Origin: Minisyncoccota bacterium | GTDB taxonomy: Bacteria > Patescibacteriota > Minisyncoccia > Phycocordibacterales > UBA9973 | DNA length: 64,000 nucleotides | Reading direction: 5' to 3' | Assembly: GCA_942491275.1 (NCBI GenBank) | Contig: CALNZI010000009.1 | Location: forward strand, 21,938 to 85,937 | Part shown: one piece after another, positions 25,234-35,257 of the stretch | Position numbering within the stretch: position 1 is the first letter of the stretch | How the letters are laid out: every line of letters starts with the position of its first letter | Program-made: the position numbers and the translations under genes | The notes under the pieces: model-generated | Seen by the model: only the letters and a program-made list of their open reading frames with translations | Told to the model about the DNA's origin: nothing | The model's database searches: none

Positions 25234-27213
25234 TTAAAAGAATAGAGAAGCGAAAACTAGAGAAACAATACTCATCAATTTAATCAGGATGTTTATTGAA
25301 GGACCGGAAGTATCCTTGAAAGGATCTCCAACGGTGTCTCCAACAACAGCGGCCTTATGAGCGTCACTACCTTTTCCACCTAGGTTACCTGCTTCGATAT
25401 ATTTCTTAGCATTATCCCAAGCTCCTCCAGCATTAGCCATGTTAATTGCTTGTAGCACGCCAACAATTAAGGCTCCAGCCAGTAATCCTGCTAAAGCTTC
25501 TTTTCCAAGGAAAGGAGTTAGTCCGACGGCCAGGGGAGCAACGATTGCTACAAGTCCAGGCAGAATCATTTCTTTCAGGGCTGCTTTGGTACTAATATCA
25601 ACACACTTAGCATATTCTGGTTTTCCTGAACCATCCATGATACCTGGAATTTCTCTAAATTGACGTCGAATTTCATCTATTAAAGAGGAAGCAGCTCTTC
25701 CCACAGCTTGCATTGTTCTGGCTGTAAAGAAATAAACTAAGATACCTCCTATAAATAATCCAGCAACAACTTTAGGATTGGAAATATCAATAACCTTTAA
25801 TCCCGCAACTGCAGAATAGGCAGCAAATAAAGCCAAAGATGTTAATGCAGCTGAACCAATAGCAAAACCTTTACCAATGGCAGCTGTAGTATTTCCCATG
25901 GAATCCAATTGATCTGTAACTTTTCTAACTTCTGGTTCTAGTCCAGCCATTTCAGCAATACCTCCAGCATTATCTGCAACAGGACCGTAGGCATCAACGG
26001 CAACTGTCATACCAACGGTGGAAAGCATTCCCACTGCGGCAATTGCAATACCATAAACTCCAGCAAGACCATAGGAAACTAATATTGTGGTAATAACAAC
26101 AAGGATAGGTAAAATGGTACTTTCCATTCCAACGGACAAGCCAGCAATTAGGTTGGTAGCGGGTCCTGTTTCTGATGCTTTAGCAATTTTCTTAACAGGT
26201 GCGTAATGATCGGAAGTATAATATTCTGTAATTTTACCAATCAAAACTCCAGCTATTAATCCAGCTAGTATTGAATAGAATACTCCAAAGTTTTCGAAAA
26301 CTCCTCTAGCTACAAAAGATTTAACAATAAAATATGATGCTACGATAACAACTGAAGCACTAATCCAAATACCTCTTTCTAGGACGGCACCTAGACGAGA
26401 ACCTTCCTTAGCTCTTACAAAGAAGAAAGCGAAGATTGAAGCTAGTATTCCAACGGAAGAAATCAATAATGGTAGAACTGTACTTTCTATACCAAACAGA
26501 ACAACTCCCAAAGTCATGGCAGCAATCATTGAACCAACATAGGATTCAAAAAGATCAGCTCCCATTCCGGCAACATCACCCACATTGTCACCCACATTAT
26601 CGGCGATGACTCCAGCGTTACGAGGATCGTCTTCTGGAATACCGGCTTCGATTTTTCCAACTAAATCAGATCCCACATCGGCAGCTTTAGTGAAGATCCC
26701 TCCACCAACACGAGCAAATAGGGCAATCATACTGGCTCCAAGAGCATAACCATTAATCACTCCGGGGTCACGGATTATTAGATAAAGTAAACTTAAACCT
26801 AGAAGACCAAGACCGGCAACTAGCATCCCCATGATTGTTCCACTTGAGAAAGCTATTTTTAAAGCGGGGTTGATTCCTGAACGAGCTGCGTGAGCTGTTC
26901 GAACATTGGCCATTGTGGCAACTCTCATTCCCACATAACCAGCTGTGGCAGAAAAGATTGCACCCACTATGAAACTAACAGCCGTTAGGGGGTTGATTAA
27001 CAAAAATAAAGCAATGGCTATAACGACCACAAAGATTGATAAATAAATATATTCTCGTCTTAGAAAAGCTTTTGCTCCTTCTTGGATTGCCTTAGCAATT
27101 TCTTTCATTTTGTCATTTCCTTGGCCCTTTTTTAATAAAGTTCCAATTAAAATGATACTAAATACAATAGCTATCAATGAAGCAATAATTGTATAAGTTA
27201 AAGATAAATTCAT
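25234..27213 (-). CDS. hppA: Membrane-bound proton/sodium-translocating pyrophosphatase
   Basis: About 16 TM helices, with [27 protein letters not shown] and [19 protein letters not shown] motifs. Confidence 0.93.
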   Translation of the reverse strand: MNLSLTYTIIASLIAIVFSIILIGTLLKKGQGNDKMKEIAKAIQEGAKAFLRREYIYLSIFVVVIAIALFLLINPLTAVSFIVGAIFSATAGYVGMRVATMANVRTAHAARSGINPALKIAFSSGTIMGMLVAGLGLLGLSLLYLIIRDPGVINGYALGASMIALFARVGGGIFTKAADVGSDLVGKIEAGIPEDDPRNAGVIADNVGDNVGDVAGMGADLFESYVGSMIAAMTLGVVLFGIESTVLPLLISSVGILASIFAFFFVRAKEGSRLGAVLERGIWISASVVIVASYFIVKSFVARGVFENFGVFYSILAGLIAGVLIGKITEYYTSDHYAPVKKIAKASETGPATNLIAGLSVGMESTILPILVVITTILVSYGLAGVYGIAIAAVGMLSTVGMTVAVDAYGPVADNAGGIAEMAGLEPEVRKVTDQLDSMGNTTAAIGKGFAIGSAALTSLALFAAYSAVAGLKVIDISNPKVVAGLFIGGILVYFFTARTMQAVGRAASSLIDEIRRQFREIPGIMDGSGKPEYAKCVDISTKAALKEMILPGLVAIVAPLAVGLTPFLGKEALAGLLAGALIVGVLQAINMANAGGAWDNAKKYIEAGNLGGKGSDAHKAAVVGDTVGDPFKDTSGPSINILIKLMSIVSLVFASLFF

Positions 27214-27309
27214 ATTTTTATGATAGATGGAAAATTTTCAAACTCTTCCATCAGATAATTAATAATGCTAATAATAATCGACTTAATAATTTTTTTTAAA
27301 ACTTTTTAT

Positions 27310-28500
27310 TTATTCTGTACCGTCATCGACGATACCATCATCTAACATACTATCATCGGTTATTTCTTCCTCAACTTCTCCATCGGGATTGATGCTTTTA
27401 ATATCAATTCTCCATCCGGTAAGTTTTGCGGCTAGGCGAACATTTTGCCCTCCTTTACCAATGGCTAATGAAAGTTGATCGTTGGCTACTTCTACCATGG
27501 CACGGTGTTCTTCTTCATTAACTTCAATCTTAAGAACATCGGCTGGAGAGATTGCGCTGGAAATATAGGTTCCAGGATCAGCAGACCAAGGAATTATATC
27601 AATTTTTTCACCACCAAGCTCGCCCATTACTGTTGTAACTCGAATTCCTCTTTGTCCGACACATGAACCAACTGGGTCAATGTGTTCATCGTTTGAGTAA
27701 ACAGCGATTTTTGACCGGGCTCCTGCTTCACGAGCAATGGCTTTAATTTCAACAACTCCTGAAGCAATTTCTGGAGCTTCCATTGAGAATAAGCCTTCAA
27801 TAAGTTGAGGGTGGGTTCTGGAAAGTTTAAGATTCACTCCTCTTGGAGTTTCTTCAACAGAATATAGGTAAGCTCGGATGTGGTCACCTCGTTTATAAAA
27901 TTCTCCTGGAATTTGTTCTTCGGGAAGAATTATTCCAGTGGCACGGTTAAAATCAATGTAAACAATTCCACGCTCAACCTTTTGAATTGTCCCATTTATT
28001 ATTTCTCCTTCTTTACTTCCGTATTCGTCAATTATTATTTCTCTTTCAGCTTCACGAATTTTTTGAATGATAACTTGTTTAGCTGTTTGAGCAGCGATAC
28101 GTCCGTAGTCTTCTTTGTTTTCTAGAGGAAAAATTAATTCTTCTTCTAACTTCACATCTTTTTTAATTTTTTTAGCATCTTCCAGAAGGATGTGATGCTC
28201 TTCATTGTAACGAACCCTCTCATCATCTTCAGCTATTTCGACTTCTTCAGCGTCTTCATCTTCGTTCTCTTCAACTATTCGTACCAAAGATTCATCAACC
28301 ACAATTTTAATTTGGCTGAATTCAATATCTCCAGTTTCAAAATCAAGTTTTGTTCGGATGATTTGACCTTTTTTGCCGTAATCTTTTTTATAAGCGGCGG
28401 CGATGGCCTGTTCAATAGCCTCGATGATTTTCTCTCGAGGTATTTTCCGCTCTTCCTCGAGTTGCTCAAGGGCAGATTTCATTGTTTTTAGATCTAACAT
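27310..28500 (-). CDS. nusA: Transcription termination/antitermination factor NusA
   Basis: N-terminal domain, S1 and two KH domains (PVGSCVGQRGIRV, AIGKGGQNVRLAAKLTGWRIDI), and an acidic tail. Confidence 0.93.
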   Translation of the reverse strand: MLDLKTMKSALEQLEEERKIPREKIIEAIEQAIAAAYKKDYGKKGQIIRTKLDFETGDIEFSQIKIVVDESLVRIVEENEDEDAEEVEIAEDDERVRYNEEHHILLEDAKKIKKDVKLEEELIFPLENKEDYGRIAAQTAKQVIIQKIREAEREIIIDEYGSKEGEIINGTIQKVERGIVYIDFNRATGIILPEEQIPGEFYKRGDHIRAYLYSVEETPRGVNLKLSRTHPQLIEGLFSMEAPEIASGVVEIKAIAREAGARSKIAVYSNDEHIDPVGSCVGQRGIRVTTVMGELGGEKIDIIPWSADPGTYISSAISPADVLKIEVNEEEHRAMVEVANDQLSLAIGKGGQNVRLAAKLTGWRIDIKSINPDGEVEEEITDDSMLDDGIVDDGTE

Positions 28501-28519
28501 ATTTAATTGTTATTAAGTT

Positions 28520-28553
28520 TTTAAAAATAAAAGTCCGGTTCGAGGACGGACTT
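28520..28553 (-). promoter_or_regulatory. Terminator-like attenuator hairpin in the nusA leader
   Basis: The minus strand reads AGTCCG tcctcgaac CGGACT followed by TTTTATTTTT. It lies between the predicted promoter and the nusA ATG. Confidence 0.5.
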
Positions 28554-28565
28554 AATACATAAATA

Positions 28566-28594
28566 ATACTACTATATGACTTTAAGAGAGTCAA
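28566..28594 (-). promoter_or_regulatory. nusA promoter TTGACT-N17-TAGTAT
   Basis: Same -35/-10 hexamers as the tuf, S19 and S14 promoters. Confidence 0.6.
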
Positions 28595-28608
28595 TATTGT
28601 GAATTTAA

Positions 28609-28649
28609 ATAAGCAAAAGTTTGTGTGCATAAACTTTTGCTTATTTTTT
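28609..28649 (+). terminator. Orphan 14-bp-stem hairpin with a T-run
   Basis: ATAAGCAAAAGTTT gtgtgcat AAACTTTTGCTTAT followed by TTTTT. Confidence 0.55.
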
Positions 28650-28744
28650 AAAGTAAATGTTATACTATATCTAGAAATAATAAATTTAAATTAATCAATT
28701 ATTATTTATCTATTAACTATATTATTAATTAATACATTTTTATC

Positions 28745-30049
28745 ATGAAAAATATCTCCAAAATTTTTATCGTTTTAGTTTTGACTCTTTTTGTTTCAGG
28801 TTTTACCTTTGCAGAAGAAGCTACAATAAAAACTAATTCTTCTAAGGTTACTGTTGTCGCAAATTTAAACATACAGGAAGCTCAGGTTATTGCTCAAATT
28901 GATAATGTTTTTAATATTTTATTTTTTCTTCAAAACGGAGAAGGAATTCAAGCTGGGGTTAAGTACGGAGTTCAGTTAATAAAAGAAACAGATAAGGGTC
29001 AATTTATTATGGATGAGTATATTTATCCTGAATTATTGGCTGTTCCTTCAAACAGTAGGGTAAAGAAGGATATTATTTATAAAGCTCCTGAGAATATAAG
29101 TGGTGAATATTCGCTCTTCCTAAACGCCAAAAACAAAAGTGGTCTTGGTTTAGGGATTGCCTATGTTGGTAAGGTCATCCTTTCCTCTAAAACTCAGAAG
29201 GCAGAAATACTTCCAGAAACGTGTTATCTGTCTGTGGAAGGAGAAGATCCTCAAATTAAATATAATCTTTCTCAGGGAGTGGACATAGATTCAGAAGAGA
29301 ACCTTGTAATTAATTGTAATATTGTGAATTCATCTGATAAAGAAATTTCTGTTACACCAATTTATGAAACTCATTATCGAAATATTTATGGAGAAGTGGT
29401 TCCTCAAAAAGGAGGTGATTCCATTCTTGTAAACTTAAAAGCTGGAGAAAATAAAGAAGTTTCATTGATTTTACCTAAAGCCATTGATCCTCAAGCCTAC
29501 GATGTGATTCTTTCTTTTGATTCTCAGGGGGTATTTTCAAATCAAGTGGTAGCTCACTATGTTTTGCGTGGTTTAAGTGCAACCATTCAAAATTTCTCAC
29601 TGGACAAAGATTTCTATAAAAAAGATGAAACTGCACACTTTAATCTTAGCTGGGCGGCTTCGGCGGATAGTTTTCCAGGAGCCCGAAAAACTGGAACAAC
29701 TGATATGGCGAGTATAACTCTGGAGCTTTCAATAAAAGATGGTTTGTTGAAGAATTGCATTAAACCAATCAATAAAGTAATCAATGAAAACCTACGAGAC
29801 GGAACAGTTGAAATTCAAGCTCCAGTTATTGCTGATTGTGATGAAATGACGGCAGCCCTCTCTTTGAGAGATATTGATGGTTCGCTTCTAGCGGCTCAAA
29901 CACTTTCCTTTGATACAAAGATTGAAAAAGATGAAGAAGATTTGTCTTCAACCTATGCTTACATTATTCTGGGAGCCATTGTCGTTATTGGGCTCGTGAT
30001 TTATTTTATTAATAATAAAAAAGAAAAAGAAAATGAAAAAACTATTTAA
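28745..30049 (+). CDS. Secreted protein with a C-terminal TM anchor (434 aa), surface locus gene 1
   Basis: Signal peptide ...GFTFA/EE. C-terminal helix YAYIILGAIVVIGLVIYFI followed by a Lys-rich tail. Confidence 0.6.
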   Translation: MKNISKIFIVLVLTLFVSGFTFAEEATIKTNSSKVTVVANLNIQEAQVIAQIDNVFNILFFLQNGEGIQAGVKYGVQLIKETDKGQFIMDEYIYPELLAVPSNSRVKKDIIYKAPENISGEYSLFLNAKNKSGLGLGIAYVGKVILSSKTQKAEILPETCYLSVEGEDPQIKYNLSQGVDIDSEENLVINCNIVNSSDKEISVTPIYETHYRNIYGEVVPQKGGDSILVNLKAGENKEVSLILPKAIDPQAYDVILSFDSQGVFSNQVVAHYVLRGLSATIQNFSLDKDFYKKDETAHFNLSWAASADSFPGARKTGTTDMASITLELSIKDGLLKNCIKPINKVINENLRDGTVEIQAPVIADCDEMTAALSLRDIDGSLLAAQTLSFDTKIEKDEEDLSSTYAYIILGAIVVIGLVIYFINNKKEKENEKTI

Positions 30050-31133
30050 TATATTTTTAGTGGGAGGATTTGTTTTAGTCACTTTTGCTTTTTTGCCAAT
30101 CTTGGCTGATGCGAACATGTTAGCAATTGAGCAGGATGCAATTGAGGAGGATGGAGGTGGAGGAGGGGGTACTATATATAGAACTGCTGCAACCACTCCA
30201 CCACCTCCTGCCCCCGCAACTTCTCTTAATGTAACTTATGGTCTTAATGACTCGGTATATGAAGTAAATGAAGATGTGGTCTTAACCGCAAGCGTATCAA
30301 GGAATGTTTGTTCTAATGTTTTTTCTGATATAAGATTGACTGCTCGCATTCCCGCAGTTAGTCCTTCTTATCAAAGTGTTATACACCAAGTTGTTGGAGG
30401 GGGTATTACTATTAATGGTTCAGAAGATTTTACAGGCCCTTCAACTCCTGGAAATTATGTAATGCAAGGTAAAGTAGAAGTCTATGCTCCCGCTTATTAT
30501 GTTTCATGCCCTGAAGGAACAGATAGCGATGATTTTGGGCTTGGATGTTTTAGCTCTTATACAACAACTGGTTTGATAGATGTCCAAGATGAACGTAACG
30601 CAGATTATGGTACGGAAATGACTTATGATGTAACCTATTTCCCAGGAGGGACGACTGTTTTAGATAGTGCAACCTTTGAAATTCCTTTCACGGTTGTAGC
30701 ACCACTTCGAGATGTGTTGCCAATAGAGGCAGATATTCACGTAAAAGTTGATGGTGTTGTTTATGAAGGAACAACGACTGTTTCAGCAGGACAATTTGTA
30801 GAGGTTTATTGGGATAGTATAAATGCCGTAAGTTGTACAGCCAGGGGATTAGATTCAGATGGACAGACGGTTATGAATAAAGCAGATTTATCAAGAGCTG
30901 ATAGAGATGCAATTAATATGAATTTAGTAAAAGATACTGTGTTTTCATTAACCTGTAGTGGTGTAAGCCCCTCTCCGGGGAGCACAAGTACAAGTCTCGT
31001 CCCGGTGGGTAAGTGTTATTTAGGAGGGGATTCCTTTAGAGAATTTTATGTTTTAAATGGGATAATGTATTACATAGGAACAACTGCGAGAGTATTACCT
31101 GAGATCTCTTGCGTTTATTATAGTGTTAGATAG
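30033..31133 (+). CDS. Secreted protein with Gly6 and Pro-rich linker (366 aa), surface locus gene 2
   Basis: Signal peptide ...LPILA/DA and the DGGGGGGTIYRTAATTPPPPAPA tract. Overlaps the end of gene 1 by 17 nt. Confidence 0.6.
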   Translation: MKKLFNIFLVGGFVLVTFAFLPILADANMLAIEQDAIEEDGGGGGGTIYRTAATTPPPPAPATSLNVTYGLNDSVYEVNEDVVLTASVSRNVCSNVFSDIRLTARIPAVSPSYQSVIHQVVGGGITINGSEDFTGPSTPGNYVMQGKVEVYAPAYYVSCPEGTDSDDFGLGCFSSYTTTGLIDVQDERNADYGTEMTYDVTYFPGGTTVLDSATFEIPFTVVAPLRDVLPIEADIHVKVDGVVYEGTTTVSAGQFVEVYWDSINAVSCTARGLDSDGQTVMNKADLSRADRDAINMNLVKDTVFSLTCSGVSPSPGSTSTSLVPVGKCYLGGDSFREFYVLNGIMYYIGTTARVLPEISCVYYSVR

Positions 31134-31208
31134 GAGATAAGAATTCTTTTATTTTATAAAAGAAAAAATGTTTTAGTTTATTAAAATAATTATTTAAATC
31201 TATAAGAT

Positions 31209-31241
31209 AAAAAAAGTCATTCGTATTTACGAATGACTTTT
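31209..31241. terminator. Bidirectional terminator
   Basis: AAGTCATTCG tattta CGAATGACTT flanked by A/T runs. Confidence 0.8.
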
Positions 31242-31249
31242 ACTTTTTA

Positions 31250-32239
31250 TTAATGAACATAAGTAACTCTTGTCCAAAAAGAGTAGGTGCTTCCATCTAA
31301 AGTATTGATACCTTCTCCTTTTATATCAAAACGTAATGAATCTTTTGTTAAAACATTTATTGGATATGTTTTATTCTGATCTGGAAAATAAAGACTAAGC
31401 TCTTCATTATCATTAAGAAGTTCATAGTTTTCACTACTTGCTGGAAACCCGTTTTCTTTATTACCGTGGATTTCTTTGCCGTCTAGTGTATAGTCCCAAG
31501 TTTCAGCTTTTTGTTCTGGACTAAGGACATAAGGAATATACCAAGGATTCTCTGGAACATACATTTTTCTTTCTAGTAAATTCGTATGCCAGATTTTTTT
31601 AGTTAATAGCCCAATTGGGCTAGTTGTCCAATCGCCTACTAAGATTTTTATTTCTTCAGTAGTTGTTCCACCAGGCCCAATGGCCTTTAGGATAAAAGTA
31701 GAGTCACCAGTTAATTTTGGTGTTTCAAAAGTTCCATTTTCTCCAATAGTCACATTATTAAGTGTAATATTGGTGAATTCACCAGTTACACTCCAAGTGA
31801 ATGAAGTTGAACTATAATACGGCAATTGCTCCGTTGGAGCAGTTACTGTAATTGTTGGAGGATCCGGCAAAGGATTAACAATTACTGTTTTTTCTCTAGG
31901 AGGAACAGTTCTAAAATCTCCACTTATCATTTGAAAAGTGAATTTTGTAGTTTTCGTTAGTTTGACTGTTGTTGAGCCTTTAACAGATACTCTAATGTTT
32001 TTTACTATTAATCCTGTTTCAACTTCAATTTGCTTTAGTTCTCCCGATGTTCCTGTTCCATCCCAAGAAATGAATATTTCATCTTCTGGATAGATAGAAT
32101 TTGGAGTGACTTCAAATTCTGTGATTGTTGGAAAAATAGTTACTACTACTTCTGCTGGTTCTTTATCACATCCTGACATTAAAAACAATATCAAGATAAG
32201 AAAAAAAGTTACTGTCAGATTTCTGATTGTTGTTTTCAT
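31250..32239 (-). CDS. Putative lipoprotein (329 aa), surface locus gene 3
   Basis: Signal peptide ending in the lipobox-like LMSGC. Ig-like repeat texture. Confidence 0.55.
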   Translation of the reverse strand: MKTTIRNLTVTFFLILILFLMSGCDKEPAEVVVTIFPTITEFEVTPNSIYPEDEIFISWDGTGTSGELKQIEVETGLIVKNIRVSVKGSTTVKLTKTTKFTFQMISGDFRTVPPREKTVIVNPLPDPPTITVTAPTEQLPYYSSTSFTWSVTGEFTNITLNNVTIGENGTFETPKLTGDSTFILKAIGPGGTTTEEIKILVGDWTTSPIGLLTKKIWHTNLLERKMYVPENPWYIPYVLSPEQKAETWDYTLDGKEIHGNKENGFPASSENYELLNDNEELSLYFPDQNKTYPINVLTKDSLRFDIKGEGINTLDGSTYSFWTRVTYVH

Positions 32240-32263
32240 GTCTATTTGTTTTTAGTTAATGTT

Positions 32264-32320
32264 TGAGTTATTTTCCAGATCCACCTATCTATTAAATAGA
32301 TAGAATTAGAAAATAACTCA
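32264..32320. promoter_or_regulatory. Nested palindrome just upstream of the lipoprotein gene
   Basis: Outer perfect 12-bp arms TGAGTTATTTTC/GAAAATAACTCA enclose the inner palindrome CTATCTATT-a-AATAGATAG. Confidence 0.45.
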
Positions 32321-32565
32321 GCCACTAACCTTTTTCAAAGAATTGACTTTATTTAATTTTATTGTATCACATAAAAAATCATTTTGTCAATGTTTTTTAG
32401 GCTTTATTCCTTGAAATTAGTGAATATTCCTTTAAACAGCACCTCTGGTGGTGTTTTCTGAAAAAGAACATAGATATTGAGTTTGAGTGTTTTTTTTGTT
32501 TTTTCTTTAATTACAAAGGTGATATAATAATGATAGTTTTTATTTAATTCTTAAATTTTGAAAAA

Positions 32566-32717
32566 CTTTTTATTACTAACTAATTAATATATTTTAAAAT
32601 GAAACTTACAAAAATATTTTTTATAACCGCTACATTCTTATTGGTGTTCTTTTCTCTTGGGCTAATTAATAATGTTAGTGCGGATACTGCTTCTGATAAC
32701 GTGACTGTTAATGTTAC
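32566..32717 (+). repeat. 5' module (leader plus signal peptide plus first ~40 codons), near-identical to 35106-35257
   Basis: Read directly: identical from taattaatatattttaaaATGaaactt... through ...gtgactgttaatgttac. One mismatch in the upstream part. Confidence 0.9.
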
Positions 32718-35064
32718 GATTCCTCCTGCCAACTGTTCAGTTTCTCCCTGGGGAACAATTAATCATGGAGATTCAGTGACTGCTTATTTAACGACAACTG
32801 TTCCATATGGTAGTTCTTGTAGTTCTCAAACAAGAACATGTAATGACGGAACTTTATCAGGAACATATACTAATGATTCATGTATTGTTCAGCCTGCAGG
32901 AGCTATTACAGTTTCTCTTTCTGCAAGTCGTAACCCTGTTAATCTTCCAACAAATTCATCCACAATAAGTTGGTCAACATCTGGAAGTCCAACTTCTTGT
33001 ACTGCAAGTGGTGCTTGGACTGGAGTTAAAAGTACTAGCGGTGGAACTGAATCAAAAACTTATTCATCAGCTGGAACTTATACATATAGTATTACCTGTA
33101 GTAAAGCTGGGACATCTAATGCCACCGATTCTGTGACGGTAGTTGTTAATAGTCAGACCGTCACAAATTATACTTTAACCACCAGTAAATCTGGATCAGG
33201 AACTATTTCCTCTAGTCCTTCAGGAATAAGCTGTGGAACAGATTGTTCTCAATCCTATGCTTCTGGAACTTCGGTTTCACTTTCAGCCACACCCTCGTCT
33301 GGATATGTATTTTCCGGCTGGGGAGGAAGTTGTAGTGGTACTGGTTCTTGTACTGTTTCAATGACTTCTAATAAAACAGTGACGGCGGTGTTTACCTATA
33401 GTCCAAGTAGCTATACTTTGAATATTTCTAAAACAGGAACAGGGACGGGAACTGTCACGGGGTCTGGAATAAGTTGTGGGTCTGATTGTTCTCAATCTTA
33501 TACTTCTGGAACTTCGGTTACTCTCATAGCTTCTGCTACCTTAGGATCTTTTACTGGTTGGTCTGGATGTAATAGTACTTCTGGTTCTTCTTGTACTGTT
33601 TCAATGACTTCTAGTAAAACTGTTACAGCTTCTTTTACTTATACCGTCACAAATTATACTTTAACCACCAGTAAATCTGGATCAGGAACTATTTCCTCTA
33701 GTCCTTCAGGAATAAGCTGTGGAACAGATTGTTCTCAATCCTATGCTTCTGGAACTTCGGTTTCACTTTCAGCCACACCCTCGTCTGGATATGTATTTTC
33801 CGGCTGGGGAGGAAGTTGTAGTGGTACTGGTTCTTGTACTGTTTCAATGACTTCTAATAAAACAGTGACGGCGGTGTTTAGTGTTGCGGGAGTTCCCTCT
33901 GGTGTTATTAGTGTAAATAATTGTTCAATTCCCATTGGGTCAAGTTCTTGTTCTACTACAGTTACATGGGCGACTTCCAATGTAGATGCTTCTGAGACTC
34001 ACTTATTTAGAATTTCTCCTAATATGGCAATTCTTGCTTTTAGAGATCCTAGTGGCACCATCTCATCTTCTATTAGTTATGGCAATACAACCTTTGGCAT
34101 ATATTATTCAGCTAACTCCCCTGGATCTTTCCTTGCTCAAAAAACCGTGACGGCTTCTTGTGCTTCAGGGTCATCTTGGAACGGAAGTACTTGCGCTGTG
34201 GTAACCCCTATTACTGTTAATTTAACAGCATCACCTTCCTCGATGAATTTACCGACAAATTCGACAACCTTATCTTGGACAACAACAGGAAGCCCAACAA
34301 GTTGTATTGCGACCCAAGATTGGACTGGAACCCCAACGGCAGTTCCAAGTGGTAGTGCTGAGAGGACAGGAATGACAGAACAAACTTATAATTTTGGAAT
34401 TACCTGTAGTAAAGCAGGAGTAGCTGATGCTACTTCTTCTACTTCAGTTGTTGTTGGTGCTTCCTTAAATATGGCCCCAAGTTCTCCGATTATTACATCG
34501 GATACAACTAATTATTACAAAGATGTATTAACTAATTTTACTTTCACTTCAACAGATCCAGAAAATGACCAGATTAGATATGGAATAGATTGGGATATGA
34601 ATGGCTCAGCTGATATTTGGCTTCCAGAAACTGCACCTTCTGTAACCTACGTAAATTCTGGTGTATCTCAAACTAAGAACCATTCTTGGTCAACAACTGG
34701 AGCAAAAACTTTTCAAGCCCTTGCCCAGGACATTAATGGGGAAAATTCTGGATGGAGAACCTTTGATTTAAGTGTTGTTGAACAACCTGTTTCTCCAACG
34801 GCTTCAATAGATAGTGATATTTCTGTTGTCGAATATAATGGAAAAGCGGTTCTAAGTTGGACTTCAAGCAATGCGACTTCTTGTAATCTTTCAGGTGGTG
34901 GAATTTCACCAGTAGTTATTGGAACTTCAAATCTAGGATATACTACTCCATCCTTACCAGAAACTACAACATTTACTCTTTATTGTGTTGGGAATGGAGG
35001 AGATATAACTAAAACCATAACTATTATGGTGGGAGAGATAAAGCCCATATTTGAGGAAAGATAA
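32599..35064 (+). CDS. Large secreted repeat protein (821 aa) with InlB B-repeat-like and Ig-like Cys-pair domains, surface locus gene 4
   Basis: Signal peptide ...NNVSA/DT. Three G.G.V.S.P.GI.CG.DC...Y..GT.V.L.A....GY.F.GW.G.C.G.G.C.V.M domains. Also S.SW.T.G.P.SC.A domains. Confidence 0.7.
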   Translation: MKLTKIFFITATFLLVFFSLGLINNVSADTASDNVTVNVTIPPANCSVSPWGTINHGDSVTAYLTTTVPYGSSCSSQTRTCNDGTLSGTYTNDSCIVQPAGAITVSLSASRNPVNLPTNSSTISWSTSGSPTSCTASGAWTGVKSTSGGTESKTYSSAGTYTYSITCSKAGTSNATDSVTVVVNSQTVTNYTLTTSKSGSGTISSSPSGISCGTDCSQSYASGTSVSLSATPSSGYVFSGWGGSCSGTGSCTVSMTSNKTVTAVFTYSPSSYTLNISKTGTGTGTVTGSGISCGSDCSQSYTSGTSVTLIASATLGSFTGWSGCNSTSGSSCTVSMTSSKTVTASFTYTVTNYTLTTSKSGSGTISSSPSGISCGTDCSQSYASGTSVSLSATPSSGYVFSGWGGSCSGTGSCTVSMTSNKTVTAVFSVAGVPSGVISVNNCSIPIGSSSCSTTVTWATSNVDASETHLFRISPNMAILAFRDPSGTISSSISYGNTTFGIYYSANSPGSFLAQKTVTASCASGSSWNGSTCAVVTPITVNLTASPSSMNLPTNSTTLSWTTTGSPTSCIATQDWTGTPTAVPSGSAERTGMTEQTYNFGITCSKAGVADATSSTSVVVGASLNMAPSSPIITSDTTNYYKDVLTNFTFTSTDPENDQIRYGIDWDMNGSADIWLPETAPSVTYVNSGVSQTKNHSWSTTGAKTFQALAQDINGENSGWRTFDLSVVEQPVSPTASIDSDISVVEYNGKAVLSWTSSNATSCNLSGGGISPVVIGTSNLGYTTPSLPETTTFTLYCVGNGGDITKTITIMVGEIKPIFEER
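33157..33394 (+). repeat. 238-bp perfect direct repeat, copy 1 (partner 33643-33880)
   Basis: The nucleotide strings are identical by eye. They encode the identical 78-aa segment VTNYTLTTSKSGSG...NKTVTAVF. Confidence 0.9.
33643..33880 (+). repeat. 238-bp perfect direct repeat, copy 2
   Basis: Offset of exactly 486 bp from copy 1. A diverged third domain lies between them. Confidence 0.9.
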
Positions 35065-35105
35065 GAGATATATATGATATAATTAGTAACATAAAAATTA
35101 AATTA

Positions 35106-35257
35106 CTTTTTATTATTAACTAATTAATATATTTTAAAATGAAACTTACAAAAATATTTTTTATAACCGCTACATTCTTATTGGTGTTCTTTTCTCTTGG
35201 GCTAATTAATAATGTTAGTGCGGATACTGCTTCTGATAACGTGACTGTTAATGTTAC
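35106..35257 (+). repeat. Second copy of the shared 5' module
   Basis: See 32566-32717. Confidence 0.9.

Noticed and set aside
33157-33880. The direct repeats in gene 4 as a diversity-generating retroelement template/variable repeat pair.
   Set aside because: The copies are identical, with no adenine-specific mismatches, and no reverse transcriptase gene is present in the window.
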